Assembly: GCA_951406725.2 (NCBI GenBank)
Contig: OX597816.1
Span: 103,788,001 to 103,852,000 of the forward strand
Source: Octopus vulgaris
Taxonomy: Eukaryota
Direction of reading: 5' to 3'
Length of the DNA: 64,000 nucleotides
The position numbers were made by a program, and so were the translations under genes. Each line of letters begins with the position of its first letter. Within the stretch, counting starts at the first letter, position 1. Below the pieces are notes generated by a model. The model was not told where the DNA came from. It made no database searches and saw only the letters and a list, made by a program, of their open reading frames with translations. Below, one piece after another: positions 1 to 12,812 of this stretch.

Positions 1-825
1 TCTAGTCGTCCTCTTAGTCCTGATCCTAAAGTCACTAACTACCAGTCTATGTTGTGGGGTACATTCTTCGCCTGGGAAGGTTTTGGCATTTATAAGCAGC
101 CATCTTTCCCTTTTTCTGGCAAGGATGTAGTCGATTTGGCTAGTATGCCGGTCCGATCGGTAGGTGACCAAGTGGCTTGTCAGTTTCCTGAAGTTAGTGT
201 TGCAAACCATAAGACTATTCACATCGCAGAACTCCAGCAGCCTGGTTCCCTCCTCGTTGCGGCAACCATAACCGTAGCCTTCATGTACGCCATGGAAGCC
301 CCCAGCATATCGTCCAACATGCCCATTGAAGTCACCAGCCATGAATTGAAGGTCCCTGTCGTTCGTCAATGAGGTGGTCTGCAGTAGGGTGTCATAGAAA
401 CGGTCTTTCTGTCCATCGAGTAGCCCTGGCTGAGGGGCATAGGCCGATATAATAGTTGCTAAACTATGATGGAGCACTAATCTAATCTTAAGTATTCTGT
501 CACATACTCTGACTACCTGAATTACCTTATCTACCCATTTTTCGGCGATAAGTATACCCACACCCCTGACCCCATCAGTATTCCCAGCCCAGAAAATCTT
601 GTACCTCTGCCCTTTGCCTGTGAGGAACCTAGCAGAACCTCCTCTCCACCTCATTTCTTGAATACAGCATATATCGACACACCTCCGTTCAAGCAATTCA
701 ACGATCTCTCCAGATCTGCCTTTCAGTGTGCCAATGTTGAGGGTGCCAACCCTGAGGGTGTGGGAGGTATTGGCCCTAGTAGCGTCATGAACCTGAAAAG
801 AAAACTCGTGTTTGGCAGGATCCAT
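1..825 (-). mobile_element. RTE-clade LINE ORF, N-terminal APE endonuclease domain; open frame runs off the window start
   Basis: Hand translation from ATG at 825-823 is stop-free to base 1: LRVGTLNIGTL...CCIQEMRW...GVGILIAEKW...IISAYAPQ...AGDFNGHVG...RNEEGTRLLEFC...SQIDYIL...QHRLVVSDF. These are the APE motifs. It is probably absent from the ORF track because there is no stop inside the window. Confidence 0.92.
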
Positions 826-1134
826 AGACAAACAATAAAACTCAAGTCCAAACCACGTACACTACACTAACATATCTTGCAATGAATGACCACTACCTTT
901 TATGGAAGGAGGTGGGGGTGGTGTAAGACTTTGAAGTGTACATGGGAGACAACAGGATGAGAAAGTTTAGGACTTCCTGTACCGGTGGAGGGGGTGGGAG
1001 GGCGAGTGCACCGCGAAAACTAGCAGCCATGTACGCCATTCCTTTCTTGGAAAGGAATACTTACTTATTTGTAGGTATAAAATACCTAAATTTGAGAGAG
1101 AGATATTTTGCAGATTACGTGAGCTAAATTTATC

Positions 1135-1325
1135 TTAGTGATAAGGAGCTATAAAATTATAAATATATTTATTCTATATTTAACGAGACGTGAGGCTGAT
1201 CGATAAAATTAGGGGGCGAACTATAGGATTATATATATATTTAACACAAGACATGAGACATCAATGTATAGAGATGAACTATAGAATTATATATATATAT
1301 AACACGAGGCGTGAGGCTGAAATAG
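1135..1325. repeat. Three degenerate tandem units of about 60 bp, probably in the LINE 5' UTR
   Basis: Recurring 'ctata(g/a)(g/a)attata...aac...gag(a/g)c(g/a)tgag' just upstream of the minus-strand LINE ORF. Confidence 0.5.
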
Positions 1326-2759
1326 ACAAAGTCATAATATAATAGAGATAAACAGGGGTAACTAAAGATCAATCAATTGCACAGAAATATTTCTGGTAGG
1401 TACGGGCTGATGTGTTAATTGCTAGGAGTTTTATGGTGACATTTTGAGCTTCAGTGGATCAGTCACATTATTGTAGCCTAAAGTATATAATCCCAGTGTA
1501 ATGCAAAGGTTGTCATCAAGGATATAAACAGCAACTTCATCTAGAATGCTGCAGAGATTGGAAGATAGTGGACAGAGCATACCTGAGATTTATATAAGGG
1601 AAAGACAAACACTGATAGGAAAATCATTGACCTCATAGAGCAGAAGCTAACTTAAAAAGAACATAGTGATGCCAACAGTGAGGAAATTCATACAAGCCTT
1701 TCACTAATTCAGAGAAAGCTTAGCAGCAGGCCCTAGCAACCTCTTAACCAGACAGATGAAAAGTGGCAGACAGAGTTACCAGTGATTTAAAATCTCTTAT
1801 CAATATGATGGAAGATAATGTATCTCAGGATTTCAAGAATGTGACTATACTGCACAAAAGGGAAGCACACATGACAGTAAAAGCTATCAATGAATGGTAT
1901 TCTTACAGGTAGTTCATAAGATTCTCACCAGAATTGCATTCTCTTCACCAGAGTTTCAAACATGTTTTTAACTATCAATTCCTTTCTTTTATTAACAATT
2001 TTTCAAAACCTTCTGGCTACAGTTCAATAAAAGTTAAATACAACACATGTGCATATTCATATATGAGCACATAAAAGTCATGAGGTGAACTAATGCTACA
2101 CTGATAGAGGCCATTGCTATTGTATCTAAGGAAATACTCATAATTACGACAATATCTTTTAAATTAAATTATATTTCCGTTTATTGTTTTATACGGTTTA
2201 TCATTTCCATCATCATCCACATCGTTTTAATGCCTGCTTTTCTGTACTTGAATGGGTCAGATGTGAGAATATTGAAGCTGAGTTTTATTTATTTACTTAT
2301 TCACATTTTGAAGTTTATTATTATTATTATTGTTGATGTTGTTGTTGTGACTGTGTCTAACAAGCAGTTTGTCATATTATTACTAATAGTTTTACTTTAA
2401 AAGTTAATATTTAAATTAGAAACAAAAACTGAAAGACAAAAAGCAAAAAAAAAAAAAACTGTATAAATGCCATCTCCTATGCTCCGTTCAACTCCAGAAA
2501 ATTCTCCATCAACCCCAAAGGGCAGCCATGCACTAGACTGATAATCCTCACAGAAAACAACTACAATTTACCTGAACTGGAATGTAGCTTTCAATTTGGA
2601 AGACATACCATATCTTCACCATGTGATAGTTAAATATGAGAAATGTAAAATGCCTAATGCACCACTCTACTTCATTCTCATCAACCATACAAAGGTATTT
2701 GGTGCCATAAATCTGTGATACGGAAGATGGTAATATTTGCAATACTTAATATTCTAACA

Positions 2760-3590
2760 AACTGCAACATAATAAAGCAACAACCCCCATTCTAATGTAT
2801 TAGTTGAGTACTAATACTTTCCATACAGATACTGGTGTGAAACAGAGATGTTTATAACATCTGTCTTCTTGTGCTTCAATGTTTATCAAGTTGCATGCTT
2901 GATGAATGGTTCAGGAGCACCCAAGAATGCCTCCATTTCATATTCCATATGGAGAGTAAGTTGATCAACAAAAGAAGACTTAGAAATAAATCAATGCTTT
3001 AAATGATTACAGTGTAGAGATTGCTTTATGTCGATGATTTGACCATTGTTAGCCATTTGGAGGAGGGTCTGCAAGTGTTTGAAACTGAATTTAACGGAGT
3101 GACAATCAGCTCTGGGCTTTTGATCCAATAGCAGACATTAATTTAGGAAACCCATTACAACATTAACTGTTATCATCAGTGGCTTTGTACTGCAATTCAT
3201 CGAATATGACAAATACTTGGGAATTTACATCTCAAATAGCATCTCAGTAGACAAGAAAATAGAATAGACTGGGCAGAGCCAATCTGATTTAATTACAATT
3301 CATTATGAAAAGAAAAAACTTTGACGATAAGGATCTCTCCATCAGAGTAAAACTGGCTGTGTACAAAATGTCATAGTTATGATACCTTCTGTCACCATTG
3401 TTGTGTAACTTGTACTTTCTGCATTGTGTTACACTATGCAGGAAGTATGGAACACAACTTGAAACTTTCCATTGAAGATGATTACAGTATGAACTAAGGA
3501 GTATTGATAACATAGTAACCAGGGCACAAATGAGATGGTTTGAACACTTTATGCTCATGTCTAATGCATGACTTCTGAAGGCAGTCTTTC
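2760..3590 (+). mobile_element. Decayed RTE-like reverse transcriptase remnant
   Basis: Degenerate 'GVKQ' near 2835, 'LLYVDD' near 3020 and 'KYLG' near 3210, with many stops. Confidence 0.55.
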
Positions 3591-4295
3591 AGTATTAGTA
3601 TGTGTGTGTGTGTATGTGTGCATGCGTGTGTGTGTGTGTGTCTGATAAGTATGATTCTATGTATATTGCTATCAGAGGAATTGCTGCTATTTCCAGCTCA
3701 CAGGTGTACCATTGACAAGGTCATAGAAGGCCAAAATCTTGTGATGTAGTAGCCCCAGTGGCAGCAATGGTGATTGATTATATCCCACTAGCAATGTAAA
3801 CAAGAGTGCTTATATGCACCACAAATCCATGGTAACTATCGCAATATTCTGTGTTCTAACACAACACCATCTTTAAGTGGTGATAAATATTATCTTTTGT
3901 TATTGTTACTGCTTCTGTCACAATTATGTGCATGTGTGTCTGTGGGAGGGCGGTTGTGGAGGCATGTGGTTTAGTGGTTAGGGTGTTGTATCCATGATTG
4001 TAGGACTGGTTTCGATTCCTGGACCAGGTGATGTGTTGTATTCATGAGCAAAAATGTTTACTTTCTTGTTGCTCCAGTTCACTCAGCTTGGCAAAAATGA
4101 ATAATCCTTTGAGGGATAAGAGTCATGTCTAGGGGTAGAGGAAATATACATGCCATAAGATGTAAGAAACTGACCTCATGAGTCTATGACTTGAGAAGGC
4201 CCTTTGATCTTTTACTTCATTTATATACATATATGTGTATATATATATGTGTGTGTGTGTGTATATATATGTGTGTGTGTGTATATATATATATT

Positions 4296-4690
4296 CTCTT
4301 TTATCTCTTTTACTCTTTTACTTGTTTCATTTGTGGCCATGCTGGAGAACCGCCTTCCAGTCGAGCAAATCGAACCCAGGACTTATTCTTTGTAAGCCTA
4401 GTACTTATTCTATCGGTCTCTTTTGCCGAACCGCTAAGTTACGGGGATGTAAGCATACCAGCATCAGTTGTTAAGCGATGTTGGGGGGACAAACACCGAC
4501 ACACACACATATATATACATATATACAACGGATTTCTTTCAGTTTCCATCTACCAAACCCACTCACAAGGCTTTGGTCAGCCTGAGGCTATAGTAGAAGA
4601 CACTTGCCCAAGGTGCCATGCAGTGGGTCTGAACCCAGAACCATGTGGTTTGTAAGCAAGCTACTTACCACACATCCACTTCTATGCCTA
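4296..4690 (-). mobile_element. tRNA-derived SINE, family A
   Basis: Matches other copies in the window: 'ggccatgctggag...gaaccgctaagttacgggg...ccactcacaaggctttggtc...acttgcccaaggtgcc...accatgtggtt'. Confidence 0.85.
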
Positions 4691-4896
4691 TATATATATA
4701 TAGGGGTCTTTCAAAATGTGACCTCGTGTGTACCGTTGGCGATTTTTTTTCCTCTGTCTTCCCTTCTCTGGATCTTTTCTTCTCCTATGTTTCCAACGAA
4801 GAGCTCCGCTCAAAACGTTAAATAATACGTCCAATAATACTATATTTGTTCAACGTCCTCGCGTTGTTGTGTTTTTTTGTGCTTTCTTGTTTGGAT

Positions 4897-5034
4897 TAAC
4901 CAACCACATGGTTCCGGGTTCAGTCCCACTGCGTGGCATCTTGGGCAAGTGTCTTCTGCTATAGCCCCGGGCCGACCAATGCCTTGTGAGTGGATTTGGT
5001 AGACAGAAACTGAAAGAAGCCTGTCGTATATATG

Positions 5035-5069
<35 letters not shown>

Positions 5070-5285
5070 GTGTGTATGTCTGTGTTTGTCCCCCTAGCAT
5101 TGCTTGACAACCGATGCTGGTGTGTTTAAGTCCCCGTCACTTAGCGGTTCGGCAAAAGAGACCGAAAGAATAAGTATTGGGCTTACAAAGAATAAGTCCC
5201 GGGGTCGATTTGCTTGACTAAAGGCGGTGCTCCAGCATGGCCGCAGTCAAATGACTGAAACAAGTAAAAGATAAAAGATAAAAGA
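4897..5285 (+). mobile_element. tRNA-derived SINE, family A, 5'-clipped, inverted relative to the copy at 4296-4690
   Basis: 'accaaccacatggttccgggttcagtcccactgcgtggc...' through 'ctccagcatggccgcagtcaaatgactgaaacaag'. Confidence 0.88.
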
Positions 5286-5785
5286 TATATATATATATGA
5301 ATAAGAATAAATAATATAGATTTCAAGTTAGATTGGTTCATACTGTCTGTATCCTTTCCTTTTGATAAGGGCAGGAGATTTTGTAACATTTGCAACTCTG
5401 AGCTCTTCCATATCCTCTTCTCTAAGGTTCCCCTTGTAAACACACTCATAGAGAAATCCTATAAATGTAAGCACTGGCAGAAACATACTTTTTACTCTTA
5501 CAAATGATTACGATAGGCATCGTGCTTTGAACAATTAGCTTAACATACACTCCACTTCAATAGTGAAATTCTTTCCTAAGCCTTTGAACATTCTTAATCA
5601 ACATACCCTTCCCTTTCCACTGGTTCCCTACCTACCATTCCTTTAACCCTTCTCTTCCTACTATCTAACTTTGACGTCAAATCTTCTAACGGTTTTTTAA
5701 AAAAAATCACTTATTGTCGTTTTGTTTACCATGTAGGCAGTCATCGAAATTTTTGTTTGTCTTGTTGCCGAGAGAGGCTCCCTTT

Positions 5786-5867
5786 CTTTCCTGATGAGAA
5801 GATTGCATCATACACCCTTTATTCCTTTGGAATGAAACCATGTGGTCTTTGAAACATATGTTGAGAG
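5786..5867 (+). ncRNA. Type-I hammerhead ribozyme-like motif (long stem II, palindromic minimal stem III)
   Basis: CTTTC-CTGATGA(5791-5797)-GAAGATTGCAT...ATGTGGTCTTT-GAAA-CATATG-TT-GAGAG. Stems I and II pair with G-U wobbles. The cleavage triplet is GUU. Confidence 0.62.
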
Positions 5868-6073
5868 TAAAGGAATTTTGTTAACATCTTCGTTCGACTC
5901 CATTCTTTCATTTATTCATATACAACACACAAATTTCTGCAAATGAACCCGGAGTTTCTACCCTTGGACAGGTTGCTTCAACTGTGTTTCTGACGCCAAT
6001 TTGCTACCCTGGTATCGGTTCAACGAATTTTCCATGCTGACGATAAACATAGGATAATTCATTCACCTATTGA

Positions 6074-6112
<39 letters not shown>

Positions 6113-6698
6113 GTGTGTGTATGTGAAAGTATGAGTGAGTAATGTTACATACAACTTATAACATAAATTAAAAAATGCTGAGAGAAGGTTGAGAAGAAAA
6201 GTACAAATGAACTTGAAATTTCTTATTAGAGAAATATGCTTTTGTACTTTTCACATACCAATCAAAAGGAACAGGCGTTTTGATATCAACAGTAAATTTT
6301 TGGTTTTGTTTGTATGGGTTTATTATCATATTTGTCTATATACATATTTTCTTAGAACTCATATCAGTGTTTTTTTATATCTTAAAAAGAAATATTTTAG
6401 GCCACAAAAAATTAAAAATCTTGCTCTTTCATAAAGCTAGTTTTGTTGAGTGACATGCTTTAGAAGTGTATAGATATTGTCGAATGGACAAGTAAAGAAA
6501 TTTGGTCATAAATCAAATGTTTTAGTAAGTCACCATTTTCTGTAATAATGTATGTAATATAATTTTTTTTAGATATTACTAAATGCCTCGTAAATTTTTA
6601 TACTACTTATTCATCAAAACTTCCTGGATTTCTTGAAATTTTAGAATCTATAAAATACCATGATGCTAAACAGAATTTTTGCTTTTGTTATTTTTCAG

Positions 6699-6749
6699 GT
6701 CAAGATCTAATTAGTTGGATGATGAGAAATTTAGATGTGGATGATCAAG
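6699..6749 (+). CDS. RGS7: RGS7/RGS6-like coding exon (DEP domain): (G)QDLISWMMRNLDVDDQ(A)
   Basis: tttttcag acceptor and gtatgc donor; 51 bp, phase 1-1. Resembles the R7 RGS DEP segment GSDIVQWLIKNLTIED and joins the next exon in frame. Confidence 0.88.
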
Positions 6750-8499
6750 GTATGCATCTTATTTCTTTCATTACACTAAAGTCATTTACCATATATTTAT
6801 TGAACGAGATTTTTTCATGTACATTAATAAGAATGAATATAAAAGCTATAACTTTTCAAGTAAATGATATAGGTAATGAAAAGTTTAAGAACCAGTGATT
6901 TAAAAAAAAAATAACTTCAGCATTCAAATTGATAACTTTTGTCTGTGTATAGTATTGACTTCTAGATATAAAAGAAGATTTGGATTCCTAGATATGAAAA
7001 CAGTTTTCCACAAAGAAGCTTTTGAATTTGTGAAAATATCAGCTACTTGTCGGGACTTAGATTTTGGTTTGCTCTATTCAAAGAGAATGAATGTCTTCTT
7101 TTCATGATAAAATTCTAGCTATGCTGAGGCTATGGAATTTTTAAGGTAGCTTACTGCTTAGTGATACTGTGTGTAATCTAATGTAGATAATTCTTGCATC
7201 TGGGAAGGATTCATATGGATTGTGAACACAATAAATTTCTTTCAGATAAATAACATTAGTGGATAATTAATTTCTGTATGTAAGTGAATATATATTTATA
7301 ACTACATATGCACATATTGCTGGCTCCAATCCAACTTCATATAAAATATCCAGCTTCACTTAAGTCTTTCCATGTTGTTCTATTCACTTTGTATTTCCTT
7401 TTCATTCTTTCTCAACTTTCAACATTTCAAGCTGAATATCAGATATCATTCTCAAAATACTCTGGAGAATTCTATGCACAAACCTTCCTCATTCCAGCTT
7501 GCTCATAGCCAACATCTGTAAACTGATGTCTTCGGTATCTGATCAGTATCCTGTATGTTAACAGCTTGTATTCCATTAGAATTTATTGCTAATTATTATT
7601 AAATAGGAAGCTGGGTTGTATCTCTTAAGATAATATTTCTACAATCATATCAATAGATCTCACTTAAAAAGCAAAACTCCATTTTTGTCATTAAGGCATC
7701 TATAGATTGATGGATGATGTATCACAATTATTGGCAGAAACAGAAGAGTACCAGGCAAAATAAATACCTTGCAGTATTTAGTTGCATTCCTTTTGTTTCT
7801 GGGTTCAAATTCTATATCAGAATTGATTTTATCTATCATCTTTTCAATGCTAATAAAATAAGTACTGTATTAGTGATAAAATGAGGTTGGTTCTAGTTAG
7901 GTATACTCTTCACTACACACACTGGCTTTGTGCCAAAGTTTGAAATAATCAAGGCATCATTTTAATAGCTTTATTTCTTCAGATACTATGTGGAATTTTC
8001 CACCAGTTACAAATCCCAGAAAATCTATCAATGGTAAAGGGTACCATAAAAATGACTCCTATTAAATAATTATTTATTTAATTGTTACAGGTGGTGTTTA
8101 GCCCATGATTATCCGTTTATTTTTTTTATATATCTAGGCCAACATTTTCTAATATGTCTTTCAGTTTTATAAGAGACGAGGGTCTGAATTGACGGAAATT
8201 TGGTTGCTATTTCTCCCAGAGTGAGATAGTCATAGAGGTTTCATCATTAACTTATATATTTCCATCACTCATGAATGTGGTCCTGAGATACTTAAACAAA
8301 TCCACTTTTCTCAGTGATGTTCCACTAACATGTAAAGTATACTGGGAAGACTACTGTGAGGACCAATGTCTCAGTGTTTGCAAAACTATCAGTTGTGATG
8401 CCAATTATGTATGTAGAGATGGGAGTGGAGATACCCCCTCTCCAACTGTCAGATTTTGTTATGGAGTGGATCCCACAAGGTGGGAAGGTTTGCTTCCTA

Positions 8500-9100
8500 A
8501 AGATTAGGTTGAAAGAAGGACCACTGTAGCTGTTGGCAAGTATAGACACCAAACAACAAATCCAAATACAAATCCTTTCTTGGAGTCACTGTAGCTTTAA
8601 ACATAGTTAAGACTGAGCCATTTGTCCTACAAAGGGGGTTTCAATATTTATGTTGGCACTGATTTCTGAACATGGAAAGAGGTAATTGGGAGAAATGGTG
8701 ACCCTGAATACAATGCAAATGGAGAGGCTTTACTAGACTTCTGTGCTGGAAATGGGATCTCATTATGAATGCATTCTTTCAGCACCAGGATATCCATAAG
8801 TATACATTGTTTTGGGAAAGAGATTATTGCTAGATTTTGTTATTTTGTCTGATATCTTTGATTCTGTGCTGGATGTTCATGTAATGAGTGGGCTGGCGCT
8901 ATCAACTGATCACCACCCAATTGTCTACAGCAGAAAGAACTTGCAAAACTCGTAAGTCCAGTTACATGATAAAGTGGGAAGTCCTGTTGGATGATAGGAT
9001 CAGAAATAAATATGTGGACATTATAGCTTCCATATTTGGCGATCTTTCTGAACAAACTGAGAATTTTTAAATGGGGCAGAAATTGTTTCGTTCAGTAGCT
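8500..9100 (+). mobile_element. Decayed LINE APE endonuclease remnant
   Basis: Degenerate G.FN..VG, 'NANGEALLDFC', 'HKYT' and 'LLDFVI' motifs with frameshifts. Confidence 0.55.
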
Positions 9101-9649
9101 TATTTTTTGGCTGAACAATGCTCTTGATGAAAGTACCTTGTTTGGTGCCAGGTGATAAAGAACACCATGGTTTGGCCAGGAAGTTCAAAATGCATTCCGA
9201 GCAAAGAAGAAAGTTTACAATGCTTGGCTTGGAAACAAATGTCCTTTTAAGGTGGCACTCTGAACTGTAAAAAGTTACTGTAGAGACAGTTAAAACTTCC
9301 AAGACTAAGCCATGGAAGCACTTTGAGGGCTAAACTGGACTTAAGCCCTAGATTGGCCTGTAAAGTATTCTGGCAGACCATCTTCTTAACAAGAGCTTTC
9401 TTCCACATCTGCCATGAAAGACTCAGCCAATGTATGTGTGTCATATATATATGATGCAGAAGTAGCTGTGTTGTTAGTAGCTTGCTTATCAACCACATGG
9501 TTCCGGATTCAGTCCCACTACGTCGCACCTTGGGCAAGTGTGTTCTACTATAGCCTCAGGCTAACCAAAGTTGTGATAAAGACTGAATTAAAATCATGAT
9601 TGTCTACATATATATACACACATGTAATATGTATATATATATATATGTA

Positions 9650-10032
9650 GTAGGAGCACTCCGTCAGTTACGACGATGAGGGTCCCAGCTGATACGATCA
9701 ACGGAACAGCTTGCTCGTGGAATTAACGTGCAAGTGGCTGAGCGCTCCACAGACACGTGTACCCTTAATGTAGTTCTCGAGGAGATTCAGCGTGACACAG
9801 AGTGTGACAAGGCTGGCCCTTTGAAATACAGGTACAACAGAAACAGGAAGAAAGAGTGAGAGAAAGTTGTGGTGAAAGAGTACAGCAGGGTTCACCCCCC
9901 CCCCTGCAGGAGCCTCGTGAAGCTTTAGGTGTTTTCGCTCTATAAACACTCACAACGCCCGGTCTGGGAATCGAAACCACGATCCTACGACCGTGAGTCC
10001 GCTGCCCTAACCACTGGGCCATTGTGCCTCCA
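9650..10032 (-). mobile_element. tRNA-derived SINE, family B
   Basis: Minus-strand head 'ggaggcacaatggcccagtggttagggcagcggactc...gtttcgattccc' with A/B-box-like motifs. Related sequence at 27410-27535 and 59000-59203. Confidence 0.8.
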
Positions 10033-10157
10033 CACACACACACACACACACACACAATATATATATATATATATATTTCACAATTGAGGGTAAAATTAAT
10101 TAATTAATCAATTTCACCAAGTATTCAGTATACAAAGGGACCATTTAAGCGAATTCA

Positions 10158-10400
10158 AATTATTACATTATATAAAAGGGCTTAGTAAAATAAATTACTT
10201 TCGCATACTGAACTCATTAGAAATAGCAGCAAAACTTTTTAAAACTATCTCCAATACTTCGTGAGTTGAGCAAACACTATATGAGAGAGATTTTCTTTAA
10301 GTATTGGAGATAGTTTTAAAAAGTTTTTTAGCTGCTATTTCTAATGAGTTCAGTATGCGCAAGTAATTTATTTACTAAGCCCTTTATATAATGTAATAAT

Positions 10401-10401
<1 letters not shown>
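10158..10401. repeat. Foldback: inverted arms of about 100 bp with a spacer of about 39 bp, between (TA)n tracts
   Basis: 10158-10259 is the near-perfect reverse complement of 10299-10401. Confidence 0.9.
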
Positions 10402-10438
<37 letters not shown>

Positions 10439-11082
10439 TGTAATATGTATATGTGCATGGGCCCGGGAACAGGGGGTGCAGGTGGTGCCAGCGCACCCCT
10501 AGAATTTTTGTGGAGTGCAGAACCAAAATTTGCAGCCCTACTTATTTTCCTCAGGTTTAGAAAATGGTAAATAAAAAGCGATGTGTAAAAAGTAGCTTGA
10601 AGTTAGGTTCCTTCTCAAAGATCAAAACACAAAGATAAGTAGCAGAAAAAAAGAACGAGCTTATTTGTAAATATTTTTGGACCTGGGTTTGCACCCCCTA
10701 AGCAAATTTCATTCTCGAGCCAGTGTATATGTATATATATATCCCCCCCCCCAATGGTAAATCTAAATAGCAAAGTAAATTCAGTGATAAGAAATCTACC
10801 CATGTGTAAAGATCATTTACTACCATGTTTCTATTGATGAGATTCACCTCTTTCTCTATATAACTACCCTCTTTGTAATGTTGGAAAATGGAATAAGTAT
10901 AAAAATGAATATTGTCAATTTAATTTTAAAAATTCCATATGTGGCTGAAGATTGCTCTACATTTTAAAACCCATGTAATACTTACATTGCTTAATTAAAT
11001 GAAGTAGCATGAAACGATTGTACTGCACTACCTTTGGATATCCTTGTTGCTTATTTTGATTATTTATATATATATATATATA

Positions 11083-11500
11083 TCATCATTTAGCGTCCGT
11101 TTTCCATGCTAGCATGGGTTGGACGGTTCAACTGGGGTCTGTGAAACCGGAAGGCTTCATCAGGCCCAGTCAGATCTGGCAGTGTTTCTACGACTGGATG
11201 CCCTTCCTAATGCCAACCACTCTGTGAGTGTAGTGGGTGCTTTTTACGTGCCACCCGCACAGGTGCCAGACAGAGCTGGCAAACGGCCATGAACGGATGG
11301 TGCTCTTACGTGCCACCGGCACGGGGTCCAGGCGAGGCTGGCAACGGACACGAACAGATGGTGCTTTTACGTGCCACCGGCACGGGGGCCAGGCGAGGCT
11401 GGCAACGGACACGACCGGATGGTGCTTTTATGTGCCACCGGCACGAGGGCCAGGCGAGGCTGGCAACGGACACGAACGGATGGTGCTTTTTACGTGCCAA
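11083..11500 (-). mobile_element. RTE/RTEX LINE 3' UTR fragment with a GC-rich tandem minisatellite of about 61 bp
   Basis: Near-identical to 15238-15560. The unit 'gccaccggcacgggg.ccaggcgaggctggcaacggacacgaacggatggtgctttt.acgt' is repeated. The element ends in an (ATG)n tail on the minus strand. Confidence 0.85.
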
Positions 11501-12652
11501 GGTTATGTATGTATTACTTTGCTAGGAAACAAGTCAGGGTTGAGAACAGGAAGGGATTCCAGGTGTAGAAAGTCTACCTGAGTGAATTTATCTGAGTCAA
11601 CTAAGCAGGGACATGCAAACATTGATAAACAAGAGTGAGTCAAACGGTAATACAAATAAAAATGGCATTACTTTCTGACTCCTGTCTTATATATTATTCA
11701 TATATATGTGTGTGTGTTTGTGTGATAATGTAGTAGGATCAGTCAAGTGATCTTGGTGAAAGTAGTTGGTTAGTCTTTAGCATAAGCAAAGTTTGTATAG
11801 AAAATACAAAAGACTTGATCAACAAAGTTTATTAATCATTAAATCAAATACACTTCGTCCCATATCAAGATTAGCCTGAAAATTTCATTAAGATGGCATA
11901 TTCTTTACAGCTCCAGCTCAAAAGCAACAAATGTTGCTTATTATGTGATGATAATTGAGACCGTAGATAAGAGAAACGGAAAAAAAATTATTCAAGTACC
12001 CCAGCTGCTTCAAAGAGGTTACTGGGTGCATATTATGTAACTTTATTTGGTCCTTTTTTTACTTCTTTCCCATTCTCTTTCTTACCCCTCCCCTAAGAGC
12101 TTTTAACTGCACACATAATTTTTCCTAAGTAATAGACATCCCACTTTTTTGTGCACTACCCTCCCCTCATGATGCCAGTTAAAAGTTTATCAGATTAGAA
12201 TTTCTTGTTGCCACATCACAAATTTGGATACACAGCTAATGAAATGAAACCACACTACAATCTATCTCACTAAGGTAGTCAGTGAGTAGGGCATGCCATT
12301 GGCTCTTCACCAACTCTACTTTCTACTCTCCTTTTTCAGTTCTTAAAATGTACATCTCTCTCTCTTTTTTTATTTGCATTATGTATTAAAGCAAAAAATT
12401 TTCAACTGAATGGCAGCATGTATCTAATGAAAAGGGACACTGGATAGCTATGAAATATTCATAATGATGCATAATATGCAATTGGTGACCTCTTTGAAAC
12501 AGCTATAGTACTTGACTACTTTTTCCATTCCTTATATCTACAGACATATAAATACACACACTCACACACACATGTGTATGCATATATATGTGTGTGTGTG
12601 TGTGTATATGAAGAAATGTATATATATAAACCAATTATATATATATATATAT

Positions 12653-12737
<85 letters not shown>

Positions 12738-12812
12738 CTTTCTTCAATGCAGTTAATCCTACAACCTCTTTTATATCTACCCCTTTTGATGTTTGGGAAT
12801 TCTCTGATATTT

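Noticed and set aside
49-372. 107-aa plus-strand ORF
   Set aside because: Antisense shadow of the minus-strand LINE endonuclease frame.
9955-10032. Possible tRNA gene
   Set aside because: tRNA-like A/B boxes continue into a repeated SINE body, and I see no convincing acceptor stem.
10460-10705. GC-rich island with 'gcacccc' near both ends
   Set aside because: Probably a small non-autonomous element, but I could not define termini or a second copy in the window.
11237-11500. CRISPR-like repeat array
   Set aside because: Contiguous tandem units without unique spacers, inside a LINE 3' UTR in eukaryotic DNA, with no cas genes.
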